From contig NW_020844638.1 in assembly GCF_003704095.1 (NCBI RefSeq), positions 186,001 to 250,000 of the forward strand: 64,000 bases of DNA, written 5' to 3'. The notes beneath the pieces were generated by a model, which saw only the letters and a list, made by a program, of their open reading frames with translations, had not been told where the DNA came from and did no database searches. Origin of the DNA: Pocillopora damicornis. Its lineage: Eukaryota. The position numbers and the translations under genes are program-made. This document shows positions 1 to 11,577 of this stretch, piece by piece; the stretch's first letter is position 1, and each line of letters begins with the position of its first letter.

Positions 1-609
1 TGTCCATGAAAAACATGCCTACAACTTTGACCTTCCCAAGTAAGTTTTCGAAAGAAGCATGTAATGAACAAGTAAAACACCATTTTGTGTGTATTGAATT
101 ATTTTAATGATCACTCATTCTTGGAGCAGTCCATTTTGTAACTGGAAAAAAGTTTCCCTTGTCTTTCGCTCAGGAATATGGTAATGAGGGTTCATGCTAC
201 ATTTGGATGGCTGTACTTTATGGAGGCTTAACCAGAAATTAATTTTGGCTATTGGCCTTGGCAGAAAAAGATGAATGAAAAATAAGAAAACTAGTTTTGA
301 ACACTTGTCCCTAACCCTTTCCATGGGAAGATATAAATCCAAATTATTTGGGTTGCTAAGGTGACCTGACAGTTGTTAACAGGAGTGCCATTTAATTGTG
401 ATTGATAAGTAGGATTTGATTAGGATAATGATAAATTAATAACACTAATCATTCTTATGGTTACATGAGGAAGATTTCTTTAACACCATTTTCAAAAACT
501 TTCCTGACACTTAGCAATAAACATTCGTTTAATTCGTTCTAGGGCACAAGAACATTGGTTGATTAGATGTTCTCTTGTTGGTTTTTAACTGAGCACTTAT
601 GTACTGTAG

Positions 610-2678
610 GTTTGCTGGCTGGTGGGGTCATGACAGAACAAGTCGCTTTGAAATGGGCCATGGTAACATTATATTCCTATTTTATTAAATATATTTTAAT
701 TCAAAAAGATAACATTGGTTTTGGTCCATGCTCAACAGCTAAGAATTAAAGGGGTATGTGGAAAAAAGCCCTATTGTATGTAATAAATGACTTTTGATGA
801 AACATATTCTCCTTGCATTTTGTGGTGTATGATGTAAGTCTTCATGCTGTCACTTGTCAGCCTCGTTTGCATGTTTAACGGCAGTTGACATATTGTGTAA
901 ATATGAACCTTTGTTGAGTTTTCCTTCATGCTTTAAAGTCTATTCTGAAACTATATGCTACACATTTCATAAAGGAAAAAGACAAATTGGAAGTCATGTA
1001 GACTATCAAAAGCCACTCAGGGTATTTTCTCTCACCCCTTCTCATTAATCATAATTATAATTCAATTGTCAAGTAAGCCTGGCCTGGATGGGTTTAGCAC
1101 AGAATTTATATTTCTTCACTCAGTTGGTCTCCTTATATTTTCCTGTAACGGACAGTGTGAGGATTTGTTAAGTGACAGGGCAGTTATTCTAGGAGATCAT
1201 TTCCTTGATTCTCATGACCCTAACTCGTGATGTGCTAAAACTGTATAGAGAAATTTGATGCTGAATATACTTGGACATGAAGAGGATATAAAAGCTTCCA
1301 GTTTTGGTTATAATCCTTACATGTAAACCATTTTCCTTTTGGTGCAGAATTCAAGCCACTACCTGGAGCTGCTGCCTATCAGTTATCTAATCCACCTCTA
1401 CTGCAAACTGTCTCATTATTAGGAAGTTTGAATGTAAGGCACCTGTATTAGTTCACCACCAAACTTATTGTTGGTCATTTTTAAAGCTTGTTTTTGTATT
1501 TCTGTTTGTCAGAAGAGCTGAACGTGTTTTTCTATTTATTGAGCTGATACACAATACTGCGTTCACCATGCGCCAAAAAAGTAAAATAAACAAACAAACA
1601 AAAAATAAACTTGTAACCTGGTAGATGACAACTTGTACATCAAGAGACTAACTCTTGTTTCGCTAGTCACTTACAGACCTAAGATCATATAACTGCGTTA
1701 ATCTGTTGCGTGTGTAGGAAGGCTACAGTAGCTGTCTTGTCTGTCTTTTCCTTTTCAACCAGATTTTTGCAAAAACAAGCATGAAGAATCTTAGAGCAAA
1801 GTCAGATTTATTGTCAGGTAAAACAACGAATATTCAAAAAGCAATTTAATTTTCGTACACTGTAAATAATGTCAAATTTCCATTTTCCCGTCTTTGCTCA
1901 TGCTCCGATATATCAAAAAGAAAAAAGTTGTCTTTAAACTCACTTTTGAAAAGTAAGCTCAGGTAATGCTCCAGATAGAATAATTTAGTTTTGTCAACTG
2001 AGCTGATGATGTGAATTTAGCCACCATAAAGAGTTTCTCAGCTGCTCTGCGGCCTTATAAGGTCTTTACGGTGGCCAATTTACATTATCAACTCAGTTAA
2101 TGAACCAAATTATTTTGAGTGGTTATACACTCTCCCGCCGACGCAGAACCACAGTCTCTTTAGAAACTTTTCCCTTAATACTCTGAATAGGCAAGAGTTT
2201 TTACTAAACTGGGAAATGTTTTCTTTCAGCTTATCTTGAGCTTCTTCTCCTACACCATTTTGGAGTGCCACAAGACGATGATAAAACTCCTACGAAACGG
2301 CAAAAAGTGGAGAACGGTTTTGCAGAAGACAAGAAAAACATACATGTGTCAATCATTACGCCAGTCAACCCAGCTGAGCGTGGTTGTCAGCTGTCAGTCA
2401 AATTCTCTGTACCAATAAAATCCGTGCATAAAGAGCTTGAAAAACGAGGAGTTGTGGTAAGAATTGAAATGGTTTAGACATTCATGAAATCTTTTCGTAT
2501 CCACTGTTATATTATTGCATAATATTACGGTTTTAATTTCTTCCAGGTGGATACACGGGAACCTGACGTCATGAGAATTGCTCCAACGCCGCTGTACAAC
2601 AGCTTCACGGACGTTCATCGGTTTGCGACGTCATTAAAGGAAGTTTTTCGTGTGCTGGATTCGTTTGAATCCGAATAG
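610..2678 (+). CDS. KYNU: Kynureninase, 3' part (5 exons; 5' end outside window)
   Basis: GT-AG exons 610-662, 1348-1433, 1763-1817, 2230-2456, 2547-2678 splice in frame to [71 protein letters not shown]...[61 protein letters not shown]...stop. This matches the animal KYNU C-terminus (SNPP, RGCQL, R.AP.PLYNSF.DV). Confidence 0.96.
1980..2175. repeat. Inverted pair of Penelope-type/pLTR-like repeat fragments in a KYNU intron
   Basis: 1980-2031 is the imperfect reverse complement of 2064-2113. The same sequence occurs at 14760-14808 next to a hammerhead-like motif. Confidence 0.6.
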
Positions 2679-3527
2679 TATTCTTACCATTTGGGGTGGT
2701 TTTCTGTCTTATGAAGGAATTATTTTGTTGCTCTGTGTTTAGACGTGATAGCTTTTACCAACTGAGCAGCGGGTGCAGGAGACACTCGTATATTCACACG
2801 GACGTTTGCACTCGTAAAGCGCGTGCGCATATTCGGTGTTGTTTGTGAAATTTTTCACCAAATAACATAGTACATGGTATACTATAATTTATTATATTTA
2901 TTATTTACCTATGTATTGACAAGATCTCCGTTCAACCCCATACCTCATTACGAACGCAGCACTTCGATCAAAGAAAGCTATGGCGAAAACTATATATTGC
3001 CCTCGTGGCTAGGCTTTTTTATTTTATTAGTATGGGGTTACACGAATCTTTACATGTATTTTTCGATTTATTTATATTTTCTCTTTATTTTTGGAATATT
3101 TACGGTCTACATACACTTGAAATCGACCACACGACGAAACAGAACAAAATACATATTCAATATTTTTTATGAGTAGCAGCAGTGTGAAGGTTGAGAAAGA
3201 TGTTTCTAGACACAATTGACTAACAATGGCACCTATTTACACGCACATTATACGTGATTATTTATAACGTATTTATGGGGGAATAAAATTGGAAAAGTGT
3301 TTATTATTCAGGAATTTAAAAAGGTTTTTACTCGGTAAATGACTACGTTTCGTTTTGGGAGGGGATGAGGGGGGTAGGAGGGGTGACCAGGTATCGAGAT
3401 CAGTCGTAACCACTATGGAGCTTTTAAATGAGATTACCCCTCGGGCCGGGAAGTGAGCCATTGGGTGTATGAGACACGATACGGCTTTATAAGATCACAT
3501 TGGCAAAACGAGACACGTTTAAAGTGA

Positions 3528-6500
3528 TCACATTTGAACAGGGGTTAGCGTTCTGTCTTTTTTAACACAAGTTCGATTAATGTACCCAACCACAGAAGAG
3601 TTCGACTCTCTTCCCATGTTTTTCAGTTCATTTGCTTCTTCTTCGCTCAACTTCTTATTTGGCACGGTCATGCTATGGGAAGAAACCCGAGACGTTGAAA
3701 TGTTCCTCAATTCCATCCAGGTTTTCTTTTTTCTACGAAAAGCTGCTCGCACCTCACCATTCTTTAAAACATGAAGAAGGAAGATAAAGAAACCCTAATG
3801 AAGGAAAGGAAAGGTTTAAAAAGAAACTCCTCAAAAATCGTGTATGTTGAAATGTGACATGTTAAAAGCATCGGGTTTCTCAACCCGTTCAAGAAATTGA
3901 AACCTTGGTCGCTGGAAATAGGTATTCTATGAAAAGCTGTGGCACATCTACGGATTTTCATTGAGAAACTCTTAGCCAGGTAATTTCATTGTAATCTTTG
4001 GAATCAGTGACCAGTAGCACTCCTGATGCATCATATAATTTGCACGACTTATAGCATTCATACTTTCGCGCCAAAGAGCGCGGAAGCACCATGGCTGCCG
4101 CTTCTTTCGACGCTATGCCAAAGAGAAAGTCGAAAATCACTGCGAAATGTGTTCGAGGTGAAAGGCATGACAACTTTGCACAGAAAAAGCACTGCATTCT
4201 GGTAAATTATTATTTGTCGTGGATATCAGTTTTAAAGAAACTCCGAATAGAAAGGGGAACTCGTAAGGGTGTAAGCTTACTGCATTTCCATTGTCCTCAT
4301 TACGATGCATGCTTTGTTTCAATACCCTTTAAAACTTACAGGAATATTTTAAACTAACTCATGAAAACATTAATGAAACTAAAATGAAACTGAGTGAGTC
4401 CGCAAAATATTTCTAGTTTCTGGGGACTGGGAAAGAGTCAGAGATAGGACTGTGACCTGTAATGAGTTGAGTATGGTGAAGATATACTGGAACACCAGAC
4501 CAGTATCTGTTACGCTTAGAATTCCAAACACCCATGTCAGGCCCAAGAGCGGAAACAGTACCAACATCGCTTTCGAACCCTGCCTGGAGCAACAAATAAG
4601 TTTATATAAAAATTTTAGCTTTATTTACAACTAGGGAAGAAATGAACTAGATGCCAAATAGAAAAGCTTGTTGCAGACATTCTTTATTTGAGATTCAATA
4701 TCAATATCATTGGATCAGTTTAATTTTCTTGTGTCTGACCAATCTAACAATTTCGATCCTCCTTCCATGAACTCTCTTTAGAGTTTACGTAAAGACAATC
4801 CCCTTAGCGTAGGGTGTCCATACTACAGTTCCAGTTTTACCCGGTTTTACCCAGAGAATTTCAAAATTCAAAATTTCAAACTTAACTGGTGTTATCTTGA
4901 CAGAAATCGAGAGTATTACTTTCGGCTTTTTTTTTAACCGAGCAGCAAGGTGAGCTCAAGTGCTCTTCAGGTGCTTAACGGTCACAACATTGAAAATGAA
5001 GAGCGCCTGTCAGTCTCGCGTTGAAAGTGACTTTCTTTTCATCAGAGGTATGTCTCTGTAACTTACCTGATTTTCCCGAACTCAGACGTTCTGTCGCCTT
5101 GCATGCAAATGATCTCATAGATAACTCGAGTTAAAAGTCCGGAGTTAATCTGTGAAAAGGAAAGTAGTTCGTCATTAACATATTTAATAGTTTGCACCTT
5201 ACGAGCAATTGTGTTGTAATCGAATTGCAAAGTTGAAACGTACCATGCAAACAGCAAGAACAGGTGCAACAAATGTCCAGATCAGATTATTACTGAAGGA
5301 TACCCAGCAACTATAATTGCAAGAAAGGATACAAACAGTAATATTGATTAACCAAAACGATGGAAAATCTATGTATCTAAAAAAAAAATAGATATATAGC
5401 TTTCTAGCAGACTTTTCCTTAACATAACACAGGAAGCGATCGTCATAATCTGGAATTAAAGTTGTAGTTGTCATGAGTTATATTGATGTTAATTTTCATT
5501 CTCCATTCAAGTCCATGAAGTCATACAACGATCTAAAATTGTTAACAGCTGGAAGGAACTTCTTCAGATGTCTTCACGTTCAGTGATGCAAGACCATAAA
5601 TGAAAATGTTGGTGTTTGCGTGAACTTGTGAAAGTTCGCACAGTATTTTTCAATGAAGTTTTAGTCATATTTTTATCTTGTACTTACAATTCACCATGAA
5701 CATAGCTGTTAATACCTTCCTCCAGACCGGAGGCGACCAGCAATGATAACACCACCATGAACAGGGGAAAGCCTGAAATTTACAGAAGAGTTGCATTCCA
5801 ACAGTTTTGAGGGAGACTTGGTATGCAAATAAATTTGTAAATATGTCTTCTTTTCACCTCTTATGAAAGAGCAATAAAATCTCTAGAATGTTTTTTCTTT
5901 TACTAGAAAGCAGGAAGATATCCACGGAACAAACTATACTTACCCCAGGAAATGGCATAAAACAGGCGCATCTTAACAACGGTATTGAAAACTTTAATAA
6001 CCATTAGATACAAGTAAATTCCTTCAAACAACATCCAAACAAATCCAGCCAGATAAAAATAATGGATTAACGTCGCTACGAAGATGCACACTCCCTAGGG
6101 TAAAGAGAGTAAATAAAATTGAGATCAAAATTTCATAATTAAGTAGCTTAACAGTTTTTTTAATGAAATCATTGTGTCTAGGTGTAGTCTTTCAGTCGTT
6201 CATATTTGAGTAAGACTACCCATCCCTTTCTCAGGAAAAACGTGTTAGAAAATTAGTGCGATCGTTGTCTCACCTTTAATTCTGAAAAGTCTACTCCACA
6301 GAGGAATGTAAATTGTGCTATCGCTATAGCAACCACAAGATTGAAATGAATTTGAATTTGCTCCTGCTTTAGATTCCTGTGTGTTGTCGAAAAGAGAAGA
6401 AAGGGGTCAAGATGCTTTACAAGGGTTAAATACAGAACCCGAATACAATTTGAACGATTCATAAAACACTTACATTAAGGACAAGTAGGCTATAATAGTT

Positions 6501-9500
6501 AACAATTCTCCCGCAAGTGACAGGCCACAACCGACGTAAGTAATAACGTCCAATGCCAATTTATGGTCTGTCGACATCTGTCATGGAAAAATCAGAAAGA
6601 AAGATTACAGAACTGCTTTCATGTCTATGGAACATCCCAGTATACTTTATTATACGTTTTTGCTTTAAGTTTGAAAACATGAAAAGCATGATTTTACCAA
6701 CCGTTTTGTCTCCAACTTGCATAAGAACAGCAAAGTTTGTGAGATGATTACAGCTGCACGTGACTTGTTGCTCGTCTGACTGAATCAGTGAACATCCTGT
6801 ACCAGACCAGGAACCATTCACCTCCGATCTAAATTATTAAAACCAATGTAATCAAGAAAAAAACGTAACCATTGTTTTTTTCTCTATTGTTCCTTAAAAT
6901 ATGAGAATTAAGATCTAGCTCTTCATATGAAGAATGAGATTTACGTCGATAACGACATTAAGAAGACTATGCACATGTACAAAAATCACGTTCACTTAAC
7001 TTACTTGCGATTAAAATCCCAGAAAACACAGTGAGGAACATTAGCAGGTAGTGTTTCCTAACGAGATAGTACAATTCAAACATTAGATGTGAAAAATTTA
7101 AATTCTTATTTCATACATTCTACAATAGAGAGACTTCAAACCTTAATGCTTACAGTGTTTATTCCTTATATAGGTTTGTTGAAAGAGGAGACGATATCAA
7201 AACGTCTATATTATTCTCTATAGCAACACGTCACTGTTTAGACAGAAAAAAATACCTCATCATAACTGAATGAGATCGTAATGTTTTCCTCAAGAATACC
7301 AGATGGCTCAGGATACACTGCACCGGCAATCACGCGACTTCTCAGCTTAAGCTTTGAAAAATACTTTCTGAAAATTTGCAAATGAGTGCACGGATCAATA
7401 CATGCCTTACTAATGAAAGTGCAAATAAGAATAAGGCAATGTTCCTAGTCACAGACTGGACATGAATATGTGGACAAATTTAAGGTGTGCTTGGGCACTT
7501 TAAACCTACGTACCCGTCCAGCTCAGCATGTTTTGATGCAGGTATCCACCGTTTGATATTATCATAAAGAGTGCTTACAACAACAGAGTCTGAGGAAAAA
7601 TAAGTCATATGTAATATATCAGCATTTGAGAAAACAAACACCCCTTTAAAATGATCGATTCTTCACCGTCTTGTGATTGTACCTTGTCCTTTGAACAATC
7701 CCGGAGGAAGAGAAATGTTTGCTTTACCCCCGTTTCCAGAGAATTTCGTCTCCGCTACAGAGAAAATAATTGATTTTTTGTTGTCCGCTGGCACTTTATG
7801 AATCTTCATTGCTGCAAAAACACAAGAAATGATAATTTAAACAACAACCTTGAATTCCCTCCAATTGAGATTGAAGTATCAATTTATTTGATCAAACTCA
7901 AGATACTTACCAAAGAGCTCGTTCGAGATGAGTTTGTTCTCGTTTACTTTGAGATTAATTCTGCCATAACTAATGGCGAATGTCTCCAACTGCCGGATGG
8001 CTGACAATATATTGATGTCGTTATTGTCAGTCTTGTCATTTTTTAAAGACCTTATTAAGCTGCTTGTCGCATTCCTTGCAATCTGAATATATTAAAAAAA
8101 CAACGAAAACCTCTCAACTTCAAATGCTTTACTGAAACCTTACTGTCGTCTCTTAATCTTACCTGAAAAGAGGTTTTAGAGCTTGCGTTGAGGGACCGTA
8201 TGACTGAATGGTACCTCTGTAACTAAAACAGAAAGGACAGAGCTTGTTTAGAAAAGTATAAGTTTTCTTGCATTGTTTATGTCTGTGGCACAGAGCGAAA
8301 TCTGCCTCTCATCCTCTTTGGTAGCTCTCCTGACCTCTAAGTAAACTGACTGCGAAGCTACACGTATATGCAATGATTATTGGGGAATGAGGAGCCACAC
8401 GGGCATATGCCATACGAGAGAAAGCAAGGCGTATCTATGTGTAAGCACGTAAATACCTCATCCCTAGACGACAGTTTACCCCCCGAAGGTTCGGTTCTGT
8501 CGGTTAGAACTTCTCTTTGTGAAGATAGAGCTGCAGGTGTGATCAAGGCTTCACTTATGGTGCTGTTTGCCATAATTATAGGCTCCGTTATCATCATATT
8601 ACTTGTGAAACCTGAATTAACTGGTGTGCTTGATAATAACAGCGAGGCGACTCCTGCAAGTGTAACTGTTGTCACGTTTGCTAAATAAATTGTAGTTGGT
8701 ATTTCTATGGACATTCTTGATGTGGTTAAACTTGGCAAGCTGCTCATGACCACTGAAGACTTTGCGATGGATGTTGGATCCGTTGCGGTCACTATGTTTG
8801 TCTTTGTTTCGGGTCGCATCGATTTATCAGACGAAGAGTGCTTTGGTGATAACTCGGACGACGGACTTTCTATGAAATTTATGAAAAAATTGGTAGGCAG
8901 CTTTGTTACGCATAGAAGACCTGTGCCTAGTTGTTCAAAGGCCGAGTAACGCCAACCCAGGTTTAAATTTTAATCCAGATTTCTTTATTTCTTTGTTCAA
9001 AAGCCCTTAAGAGAAAATTTTCCCTATCCTCTTAAGAACATCCAATGATCAAATTACAAGCAAAAAGATTTGAACTGAATTTTCTTTTAAAGCTTTCAGA
9101 CCTGAAATCAAATTTCACACTTACCCTGGGTTATGACCCAGCTTTGAACAACCCGGGCCTAATTTTCAATAGTCGTTTGAAAATAAAGAGACGAGTTAAA
9201 AATTTACGCGATGTACTTCGCAGTAGTGTACAAAATATGTGATTAATTTGTCAGTAAATATTAAATAATTTGTCATGAACTAATTATAAGATCTAACCAA
9301 TAGAAACGTTATATCTCTTCATCTATACTACTTAAGAGTATTCTAGTTTTCAATATCTGGTAAAGATCACCCTTCGTATTAACAACTTTAACGAACAAGA
9401 TGTCTGTGTGTGATTTTCAATGTTTCATCTGGGCAATTTTTCACTTCACTTCTTAATAACAAGTTTAACTTGTTACCTTTCTCGCAGATGAAGCGCTCAT

Positions 9501-11577
9501 CGTTATTTTCATTGCATTTCTTTGCTTGCATCTTAGGCTCCTCTTTACGGGTCAAAAAGCAGTACCACCCTGAGTTCCATTCACTCTTTTCACCTTCAAT
9601 GATATTGGTCAGCGAGTCCTGGTCCGCAGGATGCTCTGTACATCTATCGTGTTTCTCCGTTATCCAACAGAAACCTTTATTTTTTTCATAGCTACGAGAT
9701 AAACATATTCGCCTTTGGTAATTGTCTTTTACTACCTAAACGGCAAAAAATTCAAATGATTGACTCAGATTCCCAATTCCATCCCCTTGAATGTTTCATA
9801 AAACCCTAAGCTTTACAAGCCACCGATCACGCCCTTTTTGTCCCAGTGACGGATTCAAAGTAGTAACATGAAATTGACTTTCCATTTTTCCCGCTGTATG
9901 CGGTAATTTGATCAAAATTCACGAGCTTTCTTTTATCACTTTGCTCTCTTCTTTCTGTCAGAACACAACAACTATAAAATCCTCATTTCCCATTTCTACA
10001 TTACCTTAGTCCTATCCAGTATGAGTCGCTATCATTAATAGAATTCTTGATTTCTTGAAGATTAGCCAAGCCTTTTATTCTTCCCAGTCTTTCGTTTTCG
10101 TTGCACTTGCAATGGTTTTTCTCTCCTAGCTCCTTTCCCTTGCACCGATTGGAACTAGGGCGGTATGTGAGAGTGGAACACTGGCAAAGATCTAATAGGA
10201 AATTAAATATTAAATATTGCAGCTTATTATGTTACCCAACGTACAAATCATTCAACTACTTACTTACAGTCAATCGACCGGTGTACAATGAAGCCTTAAA
10301 ATTTGTAGCAACCCGCATCACGGTTGAAAAGTTCCCAACTTTAACGTGAGTTTCCGTACTCAAAAATACATCAAAATCTTTCATGGAACAGAATGGAAAG
10401 CAACATATATTTTGAATTGAACGTAACCTAGTAACATAACTTTGATGCGCACTTCAAGGATAAAAATCTTAATAGCCTGCTGCACGTGGGTGGAATATAT
10501 GATTTATTCTTATAACGTTAAATTTCAAATATTTATATACCCTCAGGATCATCTCTTTCTTCCTTATGGCGGACATGCGATTTGTCATCTTTCAGATTAT
10601 TTGCGAAACACAACAACAAAAAAAACGGAAGCGTGTAAGTACTGCATTTCTGTCGCTCTTGAGTATTATGTACAAATTTGTACAAATACTCTAGTCATAA
10701 TCAACACTTTCAGTGCAAACTCATATCCAAGCCGATTTTATTTTGTTTAGGGCTGTAAAGAAATTGAACGCTTAATTACAAGCCAAATGCGAAAATTTCG
10801 AAACTTTTCTGATTATTAAATGAACGCTCATCTCGAGGCACGGTTAAATGTTCAGCTTCTACAGACTCTACCAAATCAAGTTTTATATTTCTTGATAAAC
10901 CAATTTTCAACGCACAGCAGCTCTACTTGGTCGCCAGAAATGTACTCCATACTTTGCACAACAGGATTTTACTCTGACTGGTATCGTCACGGTGCCTGTC
11001 ATATGATAAGTTTATGACTGAAAGGCTTAGCCAAAATTGATCCTTTTCACGCTTTGTAGATCAATTCAGCCCTCGATTGAATCGTAAACATGTTTAGACT
11101 TGTGATGAAATGTCAGTGGGAGTTGCAACGTACAATGTAAGATGACGACGTGAATGTGACTTCCGTGCTCGTCTATTTCGATTAAGAAAACGGCTTTAGT
11201 CGCAGACTATTAGGGGAAAGACAGACGCTTTCTTTTGTTTTTGTTTTGAAAATGGAAAAAAGAAAACAATATGAATAACATAGGAAAATAATGATCCTAA
11301 AAGAGCTTCAAAGCGAAAAAAACAGAAACTTCCAACTAAATATGTTTAATGGATAGGTTGACGCCGCGAGGGGGGCATCATTATTAGTTTATATTAACAT
11401 ACCGCACAATAAAAGACAGGAATAAAACTTTTACAAGTCAAGTTATAAACTGAACAGAATAAAGAATTCCACTTATCATTATGAAACCAACAAAAGTTGT
11501 TACTTACCGCCAAGGAAGACGACGATCTGAAGTAGAATTTGAAAGTTGATCAAGTTGACATGGAAATAAAAATTCAT
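3528..11577 (-). CDS. Adhesion GPCR 1 (signal peptide - C-type lectin-like - Ser/Thr stalk - GAIN/GPS - 7TM); ADGRD/latrophilin-like 7TM
   Basis: About 19 phase-compatible exons: 11577-11508 ([23 protein letters not shown], signal-like), 10191-10005 (..YWIGL), 9691-9477 (..[13 protein letters not shown]), 8869-8457 (S/T-rich), 8222-8163, 8082-7911, 7811-7683, 7589-7514, 7367-7256, 7057-7005 (CVFWDF), 6828-6702 ([19 protein letters not shown]), 6577-6474, 6376-6274, 6094-5944 ([15 protein letters not shown]), 5772-5688, 5309-5243 (CWVS), 5149-5067, 4583-4457 ([16 protein letters not shown]), 3794-3528 ([14 protein letters not shown] stop). The first exon is the least certain. Confidence 0.92.
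8923..9159. mobile_element. MITE-like element (PIF/Harbinger-like ends) in an aGPCR1 intron
   Basis: Imperfect terminal inverted repeats GTGCCTAGTTGTTCAAAG ... CTTTGAACAACCCGGGCC around ~200 bp of non-coding DNA. Superfamily is inferred from the GGGCC end only. Confidence 0.6.

Noticed and set aside
10264-10384. Alternative first coding exon for aGPCR1 (MKDFDVF...)
   Set aside because: Phase-compatible but not hydrophobic. The 11577-11508 exon encodes a better signal peptide.
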